Source: an uncultured Gemmatimonadales bacterium (GTDB lineage Bacteria > Gemmatimonadota > Gemmatimonadetes > Gemmatimonadales > GWC2-71-9). From it: a stretch of 64,000 bases of DNA. Every line of letters starts with the position of its first letter. Positions within the stretch are counted from its first letter, which is position 1. Location of the stretch: NCBI GenBank assembly GCA_963842945.1, contig CAWJIM010000019.1:416001-480000 (forward strand), given 5' to 3'. A model generated the notes under the pieces. The model worked only from the letters and a program-made list of their open reading frames with translations. It was not told where the DNA came from and made no database searches. Position numbers and translations under genes: made by a program. Below are positions 9,467 to 18,638 of the stretch, piece by piece.

Positions 9467-9468
9467 CA
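9408..9468. repeat. REP-like palindromic element TGTCATCCCTTCG...CGAAGGATGACA
   Basis: Near-perfect terminal inverted repeat; internal CTGAGCG..GCGAAGG motif also present at 15575-15598. Confidence 0.7.
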
Positions 9469-9470
9469 CC

Positions 9471-10883
9471 TTACTCCAGTGTCACCGTCAAGAACCGCAG
9501 CTGTCCCTGCCGTCCCACCTGCAGCACGGCCGTGGAGTCGGGCGCGAAGCGGCTGACGACTCCCCGCAGATCCTCCAGCGTCCTGACCGCCTCGCCATTC
9601 ACTCCGTAGATCACGTCTCCGGCGACTGGGCCCGCGGCACCGCGAGCCTGGGAGGCAACGCCCGCGACCACCACACCGTGTTCCTGCCGGATGCCGGGAA
9701 TCATCTGGGCCAGCTCGGGGGTCAGATCCAGGGCCAGGATGCCGAGGCGGGAGATGAGGTTTTTCTCCGGGGTCACCAGGTCGCGGAAGACGTCGGACGG
9801 ATCCCGGCGCTCCACCAGTGGAACGCGGAGGTTCAGCCGCTGCAGTCCTCGTCCCACCTCGAGGTTCACCGTACCCCCCGGCTTCCTTCCGTAAAGACTG
9901 ACATCGAACTGGCGGGCGTTCTCCATCGGCTTGCCGTTGACCGAGAGAATCACGTCGTTGATCCGAAGTCCCGCCTTGGCAGCCGGGCCGTTGGGATAGA
10001 CGTCTCCCAGCACCACCCCCCACTCGCGGGTCAGCCGCAGTCCCGCCGCCAGCGCCGGGGTGATGGTCTGGGCGAAGACACCGATCTCGCTGCGGCGCAC
10101 TCGCCCCTGGGTGCGGATCTGATCGTAGATGAATCGGACGATGTTGGCCGGAGCGGCGAAGCCCACGCCTTCGCTGCCGCCAGACTGGCTCAGGATGAGG
10201 GTGTTGATGCCCATGACCAGGCCATCGGCAGTGACCAACGGCCCGCCGCTGTTTCCCGGATTGATCGGGGTGTCGGTCTGGATGTAGATCATCCGGTCTT
10301 CGTCGCGGAACTGGCGGCCCACCGCGCTCACCACGCCCATGGTGACGCTGCTGGCGAGCCCGAACGGGCTGCCGAACGCCAGCACCACCTGACCCGGTGC
10401 GAGCGAGTCGGAGTCGCCCAGCCGGGCAATGGGCAGGTCTTTCGCCTCGACCTTGAGCACGGCGAGATCGGTCTCCGGGTCCACGCCGACCAGTTTGGCC
10501 GGCAGCTCGAGCGATACCGGCGGGAGCACCGAGCGGTTGGGCGTGCCGGGGACGGCCGCACGGGGCACGATGACGATGAAGCGCCGGCCTCCTTCGATCA
10601 CGTGCGCGTTGGTGACGATGAATCCGTCCCGGCTCAGGATCACGCCCGAGCCGGTGCTGCGCTGGGTTCCGATGAGCGCGTTGGCTCCGGTGGCTCCAGC
10701 GGTCACCGGCCCGTAGGCGGCGACCTGGATCTGCACTACGGCGGGAGCGATGCGGGAGACGACACCCTCGAGCGAGTGGCTCAGGGCGCCGAGGTCGGCT
10801 CGGCGCGCAGGAGTCTGGGCTGCGCCGGCGACAGATCCGAGGAGGGCGAGCCCGAGGGGGCCGGCCCAGGTGAAAAGTCTCAT
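9471..10883 (-). CDS. HtrA/DegP-family serine protease with two PDZ domains
   Basis: TNAHV, TDLAVLK and INPGNSGGPL catalytic triad motifs; signal peptide from ATG 10883. Confidence 0.92.
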   Translation of the reverse strand: MRLFTWAGPLGLALLGSVAGAAQTPARRADLGALSHSLEGVVSRIAPAVVQIQVAAYGPVTAGATGANALIGTQRSTGSGVILSRDGFIVTNAHVIEGGRRFIVIVPRAAVPGTPNRSVLPPVSLELPAKLVGVDPETDLAVLKVEAKDLPIARLGDSDSLAPGQVVLAFGSPFGLASSVTMGVVSAVGRQFRDEDRMIYIQTDTPINPGNSGGPLVTADGLVMGINTLILSQSGGSEGVGFAAPANIVRFIYDQIRTQGRVRRSEIGVFAQTITPALAAGLRLTREWGVVLGDVYPNGPAAKAGLRINDVILSVNGKPMENARQFDVSLYGRKPGGTVNLEVGRGLQRLNLRVPLVERRDPSDVFRDLVTPEKNLISRLGILALDLTPELAQMIPGIRQEHGVVVAGVASQARGAAGPVAGDVIYGVNGEAVRTLEDLRGVVSRFAPDSTAVLQVGRQGQLRFLTVTLE

Positions 10884-11155
10884 CAGTGTTTCGCTTGAGA
10901 TTGAGAGTCGAATTGGGCAGAATCCGTGAGCGGCAGGAGGCAATCGGGCGCGCGCGCTAGCGTCCGGTTAGTGCCGTTCGGCTCCTCACGAGAGTGCTGG
11001 CTGGTCTGAATAGTGAAGCAGTATGTCGGCCCAGAGCCTCGTTAGGACGCAGTCGCCTTATGCTGGATCCGATGACGCAGCGCCCGCCTGCGGCCGGAGG
11101 GGCCGGCACCCGCGTCCTCCGTTGTCTCCGTGCGTGCGCAGTTACCTTCCTCGGC

Positions 11156-12394
11156 ATGGAAGTGGCCGAGGTCCAGCGCCGCACGCTGCGGCTTCTCTTC
11201 ATTGCCCAGGTCATCAGCGGCATCGGTATCGCGGTCGGCGCTTCGGTCGGTGCGCTGCTGGCGGCCGACATCGCGGGCATCGGCGTGTCCGGCCTGGCGA
11301 TCAGTACCAACGTCGTGGGCGCGGCGCTCTTCGCGGTGCCGGCCACGGCCATCGTCCATCGCTACGGGCGGCGGCTGAGTCTCGCGGCCGGCTACGCCAT
11401 TGCAGCAGTGGGCTCGATTCTCCTGGTCAGCCGCCGCAATGCGAAACTCGATACCAATCCTCTTCCTGGGATTCTTTTTCTTCGGCGGGGCCACTGCCGC
11501 CGGGCTGCAGGCCCGCTATGCCGCGGTGGATCTGGCGCCTGCCGCGATTCGGGGCCGCCATCTCTCACTCGTAGTGTGGGCGACGACGATAGGCGCGATC
11601 ATCGGGCCCAGCCTCGCTCCAGTCGCCGGGCAGACGGTCGGCGTGTACGGTGTGCCCCCGATGGCGGGGCCCTTCGTCTTCTCGGCGATTCTGCTGGGAC
11701 TGGCAGCGTTACTCCTCTTCGGGTTCCTCCGGCCGGACCCGGCCGTGGTGGCTCGGGAGCAGTTCGGAGCTTCCGGTGCAGCGCGGCTGGGCTGGCTCGC
11801 GCGGGGATCGGAGCGGCACTTCGAGTGGTGGCCTCGCTGCCGGCGGCCCGGCTAGGCGTATCCGCCATGGCGATCGGACACGTAGTGATGGTCGGGGTGA
11901 TGACGATGACGCCAGTCCATATCCGGGGCGGCGGCCACGGCGCCGAGTACACCCTCAGGATCGTGGGATTGGTGCTCAGCTTTCACATCGCCGGGATGTT
12001 CGCTTTTGCGCCGGTGGTCGGCTGGCTGACAGATCGGATCGGCCGGAGGCCGGTGATCTTCGCCGGCATCGCCATACTGCTCACCGCGTGCGCCGTGGCT
12101 GGCACCGCGGGCCACGATCCCGTGCATCTCGCCGGCGGATTGATGCTGCTCGGCCTCGGCTGGTCTGCGACGATGGTCGCCGGATCCACCCTGCTGAGCG
12201 ACGCGATATCGGGGGAGATGCGTGCCTCGGCGCAGGGGCTTTCGGATCTGATGATGGGGCTTGCCGGGGCGACCGCAGGCGCCCTTTCCGGTGTGGTGGT
12301 GGAGGCCTGGAGCTACCCCACGTTGACGCTGCTCGCCGCCCTGGCCACGGCACCCCTCATCATTCTGGTCTCTCTGCCAGCCCCGCGCGGATAA
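11156..12394 (+). CDS. MFS transporter (compensating frameshifts near 11430 and 11790)
   Basis: Multiple TM helices; RYGRR and WLTDRIGRR motif A; QARYAAVDLA in the alternative frame 11400-11855. Confidence 0.85.
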   Translation: MEVAEVQRRTLRLLFIAQVISGIGIAVGASVGALLAADIAGIGVSGLAISTNVVGAALFAVPATAIVHRYGRRLSLAAGYAIAAVGSILLVSRRNAKLDTNPLPGILFLRRGHCRRAAGPLCRGGSGACRDSGPPSLTRSVGDDDRRDHRAQPRSSRRADGRRVRCAPDGGALRLLGDSAGTGSVTPLRVPPAGPGRGGSGAVRSFRCSAAGLARAGIGAALRVVASLPAARLGVSAMAIGHVVMVGVMTMTPVHIRGGGHGAEYTLRIVGLVLSFHIAGMFAFAPVVGWLTDRIGRRPVIFAGIAILLTACAVAGTAGHDPVHLAGGLMLLGLGWSATMVAGSTLLSDAISGEMRASAQGLSDLMMGLAGATAGALSGVVVEAWSYPTLTLLAALATAPLIILVSLPAPRG

Positions 12395-12403
12395 GCAGTT
12401 GTC

Positions 12404-12459
12404 GACTGATGACTAAGGACTCGCCGACTCGGGTCTCGCGACTCGTGACTCGCGACTAC
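12404..12459. repeat. Degenerate heptamer tandem array (GACTCGC/GACTCGT) at the 3' end of DUF4185 copy 2
   Basis: gactgat gactaag gactcgc cgactcg ggtctcg cgactcg tgactcg cgactac; the same 13-mer GACTCGCGACTAC occurs at 1336-1348. Confidence 0.6.
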
Positions 12460-12480
12460 ACGTGCTTTGTTTCCATGCTT

Positions 12481-13685
12481 CTAGGGCAGAACCCCGCGGG
12501 CGATCGAGAGGCAGTCGCCCCCGGAGCTGAACAGATAGAAGGTCTTGCCGTCGGGGCTCATGAACTTGGTGGGGATGTCCGCCGCTCGCCCGAGCCCCAG
12601 CCGGTGGAACCGCAGCCGGGTGTGCTGGTGCCCCCGGGCCAGATCTGGTCCTCGCTGGAGAACACCTCCTGCCAAGGACCCCACGGCTCCGGTGCCACCA
12701 GCACCATGAGCCCGCCATGGAATCGGGTCCCTTCGTTCGGCGTCTCCGGAGTGGGATCATAGACCAGCGATAGCATGAACCTCTGGAGCCCTGAGTTCCA
12801 GCTCATGCCGGCCCGAGGGGTGAACTTGGTATTGGGCTCCACGAAGATCGGCGTCGCGGCGCTCGCGGAGCTGCACCAGGCGGGACTGCTCGCGTTGCCG
12901 CAGAAATACTCCCAGAAGCCTTGCAGCGTGAGATCGACCCGCACCCCGCGGAGCAGGCTGAACCCGGGCACCAGGTTATACGCGCTGTTGCTCACGCTGC
13001 CGGTGGCGCTGGAGCTCATCGGGATTACCGCATACACATAGTAGGCCGGTCCGTCGGCGTATGCCTGACCGTATTGTGCGAATGAGGCGTAGCCAATCTC
13101 CGGCAGGCTCCACTCGGCCCATGTGAAGCCGGGTGTGACCGCATCGTAGTTGTCGGAGAACTTGAGCCGCACGCCGGTGCCGGCCGAGCCGATGTTCCGG
13201 ATCCAGTACCACAACCGTCCGTCGGCGTGCAGCATCCCCGCCGGCTTCTCGCTCTCGGAGCTGTCGCCCACCGCCTCCACACCGGCACCCGCTGCCGCAT
13301 CGTCCCAATCCTCCGGGTCACCGGTGGGCACCGCCGTGAAGGTGAGGCCGGTTTCGATCGTGCCGGAGATCCGGCCGAACCCCATGCCGATCCTCCTCGG
13401 GACGCCTTCCGGCTGGCAGTCGCCGTACGCGGTATAGAGGTTTCCGTCGGGGGCCCAGGTCGGAGTCCAGGAGTCGCATCCCCTGGTGCCGGCAACCTGA
13501 ATCATCTGCGACTGCGGGTCCCAGGTGATGCGGGCATCGGCCGGCAACTCGGGCAGCACCGGCGGCTCCGGCAGGTCGCCGCTCTCGCTCGACGTGTCGC
13601 TACAGGCGAGTGCACCATAGAGCAGCCCTACCGCAAATCCGAATTTCACCGAGATACCAATTCTCATCTTCAACAGGACTCTCAT
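12481..13685 (-). CDS. DUF4185-like beta-propeller lipoprotein (copy 2), frameshift near 12585
   Basis: Clear paralog of 1351-2529 (GCDSWTPTWAPDGNLYTAYGD, SNSAYNLVPGF, IPTKFMSPDGKTFYLFSSGGDCLS); lipobox ALAC. Confidence 0.7.
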
Positions 13686-13778
13686 TTTTCTAACCACAGA
13701 GGGCAATGTCTATGGACTAAACGCTAGCATGCCGGTATGCCGACCAAGGTGAGATTGCTCACCGACCGCAGAAGTGCT

Positions 13779-15535
13779 ATGGAACTAAGGTCACGACAGC
13801 GCCTTAGAAATCTCGATCCCGCCTTGCACCGCACCGCTATCTATCTGGCCCTGCTTGTCTTGGGCTGCGGCTCCGAACCTCCCTCTCAGCCCGAGACTCC
13901 TGCTCCACCTCCGACAGCGTCCCCACGGCTCCCACCCAGGCGTTCCAGTGGAGCTCCGCCACGCCCGAGAGCCAGGGAATGTGCGGCAGCACCATCCAGC
14001 TCGGCTGCACCAGCACGCTGGATCAGATCTGGACCGGCATCAACGAGCGCAAGCACAATACCAAGCGGTTCGTCGTCGTCCGGAACGACAAGATCATCTA
14101 CGACCAGGGCCAGAACCAGCCGTACTACTCATACTCGGCGTCGAAAGGACTGCTGGGAGCTCCTACGCTGGTCTACGCCATGAGCAAGTGCGGGATGGCG
14201 CTCACCGATCGAGCTGCCGAATGGCTGGGGCATGGCGAGGGTGCACGCTGGGACAGTGAGTATCCCTGGCGCGACATCACCATCGAGGATCTGGCCACCA
14301 CACCAGCGGCGTCTGCGACTATGGCAACACCGGGACGGCGTGCAGCGATCAGAATCCCGGCTGGCAAAGCGACTTCGAGCGCACCAAGCAGGGTGGCGAT
14401 GAGTTCGTCTATCCGGGTGATGCCTTCACCATCGCCCGGGCCTCGCCGAGCAGAACAGCGAGCCGGCTTTGGCGCCGGGCAGCATCTACGAGTACAGCAA
14501 TGTTGGACACGCCTTGCTCAACTACGCCGTACAGCGAGCCTGCGGCCAGAGCCTGGTCGACATCTTTGACTCCCATATCAGGCAGCCAGGCATGGGGTCA
14601 GCAGTGCGGCCGCGCTGATCCACACCGATGAGGGTCAGCAGTTCATCCAGGCCACCGGCATCGCCCAGTGGAACGCGCTGGACGGTGCCGCTGTGCTGCG
14701 TCTTGCTGGGCGGCTAGGCATCTGGGACAATCGGAACGTGGAGCCGGTGAGGTACTGGAGGGAGGTGACCAAGATCGAGGGCAACATCCCGGCCGCCGAG
14801 TCATCCAACCGAGGCGTGATCTACGAGATCAATTCGCGAGACACCTGGACTCAGGCACCTGGGTTCCTGCGTCTCTCTCATGAAACCTTTGGCCACGGCG
14901 GCAACTACAGCACCGTCTTCATGGACGATCCGCTGACCAGCACCATCATCGTGCGGCAGGGCGAGAACAATGCCGACGGCGCCTCGTATCTCACCCTCAA
15001 TGGGTGCGCGCCGGGGTGGACCGGCACGTCGCCCAACTGCCAGCCGGGGACCGACTGGAGCAACAACTGGGACGCTGCCGCCGGCGAGCTCGGCTCCTCC
15101 CGCGAGGGCCCCCGGAAGATGATAGTCGAGCCGCTGCAACAGGCCTTCTTCTTCCCACCGCCGTTCTGCCGGATGATTGCCGCGGCAGGCCAGCCAGTTG
15201 ATAACCTGACCGATGCGTATACCGGCTCGCCCGGCGCCGCGACCGTCGAGCTGACGGCGGAGATTCAGGTGGATCCGCGCGAGGGGGCAGGCTCTTCGGT
15301 GGTGGACCGGGTGGAGTTCTATAAGGAAGGGGACGAGACCAGTCCGAAGCACATCGGAAACGGGACCCTGGTTGCGGGAACCAACCCGGCTCAGTACCAG
15401 CTGTCCTACAGTGCGGAGAGCCACGGTGTCCCGGGCGAAGCCAAGACCTATTTCGCCAACTGCGTGGCCCGCTCAGTACAGGATCCCACCAAACAGGTTC
15501 CCTCCTATTCTCGGCCGGTGCGGGTGCGACGGTAG
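13779..15535 (+). CDS. Serine hydrolase (beta-lactamase fold) lipoprotein with Ig-like C-terminus (copy 2), several frameshifts
   Basis: Paralog of 2645-4432: YSASKG, YSNV, FGHGGNYSTVF, FFFPPPFC, VPSYSRPVRVRR; lipobox VLGC. Confidence 0.8.
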
Positions 15536-15537
15536 CC

Positions 15538-15598
15538 GGTCGGGTGGTCGGGCGGTCGGGCGGGTCCGTCACGGTGTCACCCTGAGCGCAGCGAAGGG
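15538..15598. repeat. Short GGTCGGGC octamer array followed by the REP-like motif TGTCACCCTGAGCGCAGCGAAGGG
   Basis: Direct inspection immediately after the stop codon at 15535. Confidence 0.55.
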
Positions 15599-15743
15599 GC
15601 CGAAGCTCCACAACAAGTAGATGTGAACGTCAGGATCAAGGAGGTTCTGGGCATGAGACGCTTCGGGAAAGGGGAAGTTCGTGCTATTCACCCTTTCCTG
15701 CGGAATCCCGGTGCCGAGGGGGCAGCCGAGGGTTGGCGACTGC

Positions 15744-17153
15744 CTAGAAGGTGAACGAGACCGAGTAGAGTCCGGTAAAGGTCTGGACGCTCACATCAGT
15801 GGTCGCCTCCAACCCTCCCAGCGACGGGCCGATCGCCCGTTCGGTAGTCGTTCCCCATGACGAAAGGATGCCCAGGGAGGCGGTCAGGTTCCCGGATCCC
15901 AGAGACACGCCGCCCGAGGCGCCGGTCAGGTCCACCGCCCGAAAGGTGGACTGCGAGGGTGCGCTCACCGGCGATGGATCGGTGAAGAACCCGGCGTGCA
16001 GCCGGAAGCCCGGCGAGAGGGAGAAATTGGCGCCCAGCGCAACGCTCACGATGGAGCGGGCCTGGTTGAGCACTGGGGTAAAGGCTGGAGTGGTGATCGT
16101 GGGGGTACCCGAGGCATCGGTGGTAATCTGGACGCCGGTGGAGTCGCTGGAGAACATCTCGTACTCGTCCTCTGCCCCGTGGTAGCGAACGTCCAGCTCG
16201 ACCTGCCCCCGGGAATAGCGGAAAGTTGCCCCGGCCGTTGCCCGTAATGGGATCTTGAGGTCGAAATTCGCGTCGGGGTCCCGGAAGGCGAGATCGTCCT
16301 CGGCACCGCCGGCCTGGAACAGGATGCGGTTGAATTTGACCTTGCTGCTCCCGCCGATCCGAACGCCGGGCGAGGTGACTGTCGCACCCAGGGTAACTGC
16401 TGGCGCGAGATCCCACTGCGCGCCGGCGGTAAGGAGAAGATGGTGAGCACTGCCGTCGGTCGAGAACGTTCGGACCGCTGTCGTGACCCCGGTCGGAAGC
16501 ACCAGCCGGTCGTTAATAGTCTGGTCCTGGTTGAGGCCGGTAAATGCGTAGCCGACTCCTATCCCGACTCGGATGGTTTGCGACAGCCGGTAGGCGCCAT
16601 TCAGACTGGGGATCTCGGTTCCAAAACTCATCGTTGAGTTATAGCCAAACGCCTCGGTACCCCCTCCGGCCGGCAGGGTGAAGGCGCCGTCCAGGCTGCT
16701 GGGCGACCAGCCGACGGGCTTGGTATAGCCGAAGCCCAATCGAAGCCGCGGGTTCTTGGCGATCGGCGCTCCCACCACGATGCCAAAGAAACCGCCTATC
16801 GGGCTGAACTTCGTGCTCGAGCTCTTCTGCCCGACGCCGTTCAGCGTGGTCTTGGTCAATTCATACGCGTTGGAGCTGGCGTTCAGGGCGGTCTTCTCGC
16901 TCGAGACCAGACCTGCCGGGTTGTACCAGTTGGCTAACGCGTCGTCGGTCCGGGCCACATAGGCGCCTCCCTCGAGCGCCTCCCGCTGGCCGATGCCGAT
17001 GCGATTGTAGTTGGGAATGATGCCGCTCGGCGGGATGCTGAACTGGGCCACCTGCGCCTGGAGGAGGTGCGGCAGGAGAAGCGCGGGAATCAGGCTCAGG
17101 ATTCCTCGGGCGGCGGCTGCGGCCGCGCTGGCAGTTCGGTCGGATGGTCTCAT
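15744..17153 (-). CDS. Outer-membrane beta-barrel protein, OmpP1/FadL-like
   Basis: GGAYVARTDDALANWYNPAGL motif, alternating beta-strands, C-terminal Phe (YSVSFTF); SD GGAAGGGG before ATG 17153. Confidence 0.75.
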   Translation of the reverse strand: MRPSDRTASAAAAAARGILSLIPALLLPHLLQAQVAQFSIPPSGIIPNYNRIGIGQREALEGGAYVARTDDALANWYNPAGLVSSEKTALNASSNAYELTKTTLNGVGQKSSSTKFSPIGGFFGIVVGAPIAKNPRLRLGFGYTKPVGWSPSSLDGAFTLPAGGGTEAFGYNSTMSFGTEIPSLNGAYRLSQTIRVGIGVGYAFTGLNQDQTINDRLVLPTGVTTAVRTFSTDGSAHHLLLTAGAQWDLAPAVTLGATVTSPGVRIGGSSKVKFNRILFQAGGAEDDLAFRDPDANFDLKIPLRATAGATFRYSRGQVELDVRYHGAEDEYEMFSSDSTGVQITTDASGTPTITTPAFTPVLNQARSIVSVALGANFSLSPGFRLHAGFFTDPSPVSAPSQSTFRAVDLTGASGGVSLGSGNLTASLGILSSWGTTTERAIGPSLGGLEATTDVSVQTFTGLYSVSFTF

Positions 17154-17308
17154 CCGTTCCCCTTCCATGACTGGCTGAGTTTGTCTCGCACGATAGCCTG
17201 GAACGGCAGATGCGACAGTACACCTTAGTGCAAAGACGACTTCCAGCTCCCCTGCGGGGGGTATCAGGCGGCAGGGCTTCACGGTACCTCGCCTGCTAAT
17301 ATTGCTCG

Positions 17309-17905
17309 ATGCGGGTGTCGCCCACCGAATATCTGGGCCTGAAGCTTCGGGCGCACGAGCTGCTGAGGGATGTTCCCCTGTATGACGTGTCGATGGTGGA
17401 TCTACCCGGAGGCGGCGCCGACCGCAGCCTGGCCGATATCCGCGCCCTGGGCCGGGTGGCCCCGCCCAGCCGGATCGCGGGGACGCTTTACAGCGCCCGA
17501 CGCCTGCTGGGGAGGGTGTTCGGCTGGGACCGGGTACCGATGCGGCTGGAGGACTCGCCGCTGCTGCACCGGCTCTCGGAGCAGGACCGCCGCGAATCGG
17601 AAATTGCTCCCGGCACTGCCGACGGTCCTTTCCTCGTGCTCTATCAATTCCCTCGCGAGTCGTTGAGCGAGACCCACAATGCCACGGTGCACGGATGGAT
17701 CTCGCTCGCACTCGCGCCTAGCGCTGCCGGGTACCGGCTCTACTTCGCGGTGTATGTGCTCCCGGTCTCCTGGCTCACTCGGCCGTACCTCATCATGATC
17801 GAGCCGTTTCGCCGGGTGCTGTATCCAGCCATGCTGCGGCGGATCCGCCGGGCCTGGATGGCGGCGTACGGGCGCGACGTGACTCCGCCGAGCTGGGGAA
17901 TGTGA
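17309..17905 (+). CDS. DUF2867-like protein
   Basis: LLRDVPLYDV...NATVHG...YFAVYV...YLIMIEPFRRVLYP pattern. Confidence 0.6.
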   Translation: MRVSPTEYLGLKLRAHELLRDVPLYDVSMVDLPGGGADRSLADIRALGRVAPPSRIAGTLYSARRLLGRVFGWDRVPMRLEDSPLLHRLSEQDRRESEIAPGTADGPFLVLYQFPRESLSETHNATVHGWISLALAPSAAGYRLYFAVYVLPVSWLTRPYLIMIEPFRRVLYPAMLRRIRRAWMAAYGRDVTPPSWGM

Positions 17906-17937
17906 CAAAACACGTTCCGATTCGCGACAAAAAAGGG

Positions 17938-17966
17938 TTGCCCCCTGCCGTCCCGATTTCTATACT
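17938..17966 (+). promoter_or_regulatory. Sigma70-like promoter TTGCCC-17-TATACT for the VOC gene
   Basis: Correct 17-bp spacing, followed by SD GGGAGG and ATG 18000. Confidence 0.55.
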
Positions 17967-17999
17967 GCCCCCAGACACTCATACCAGCGGGAGGCAACT

Positions 18000-18479
18000 A
18001 TGCCGAAGAGCACGCAAGCGATTCCCAAGGGCTACCATACCGTGACGCCCAGCCTGATGGTGGCCGGGGCGGCGCGAGCTATCGACTTCTATAAGAAGGC
18101 CTTGGGAGCAGAGGAGCTGAGCCGGTTTGCCGGTCCGGACGGCTCGATCATGCACGCGGAGATCAAGATCGGCGACTCGGTAATCATGCTCGGTGACGAG
18201 ATGCCGGATCAGGGCGGCAAGGGCCCCAAGTCGCTCGGCGGCACGCCGGTAGGCTTCTTCGTGTACCGGGACAACGTGGATGCGGCCTGGAAGCAGGCGA
18301 TCCAATCCGGCGGCAAGGAGGTCATGCCGCTGGTCGATCAGTTCTGGGGCGATCGTGCGGGGTGTTTCGAGGACCCGTTCGGTCACAAGTGGTGGCTGGC
18401 CCAGCATATCAAGGACCTGACACCGGAGGAGCTGAAGCAGGCGGCGGAGGAGTTCTTCTCCCAGATGCAGCCCAGCTAA
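18000..18479 (+). CDS. VOC family (PhnB/glyoxalase-like) protein
   Basis: GYHTVTP, AIDFYKKALGA, MHAEIKIGDS, DQFWGDRAG..DPFGHKW. Confidence 0.92.
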   Translation: MPKSTQAIPKGYHTVTPSLMVAGAARAIDFYKKALGAEELSRFAGPDGSIMHAEIKIGDSVIMLGDEMPDQGGKGPKSLGGTPVGFFVYRDNVDAAWKQAIQSGGKEVMPLVDQFWGDRAGCFEDPFGHKWWLAQHIKDLTPEELKQAAEEFFSQMQPS

Positions 18480-18497
18480 GCTGACAGGCAAGAACAG

Positions 18498-18533
18498 AGC
18501 GGGCCCGCTCAGCGCGGGTCCGCTTTTGCTTTT
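18498..18533 (+). terminator. Intrinsic terminator
   Basis: AGCGGGCCCGC-loop-GCGGGTCCGCT hairpin followed by TTTGCTTTT. Confidence 0.7.
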
Positions 18534-18638
18534 CAGGCAGCCTTACGTACCGTTTCGGCCGCCTGCTCCGGAGAGTCCGTAGCGAGCCAGCGTGTTCCAG
18601 ACTGTGGCTCAGCGCATCGGCCCGCCCGTGTTGCCGGA

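Noticed and set aside
17154..17711. N-terminal extension of the FadL-like ORF to 17711
   Set aside because: Overlaps the DUF2867-like gene on the other strand; SD and signal peptide support ATG 17153
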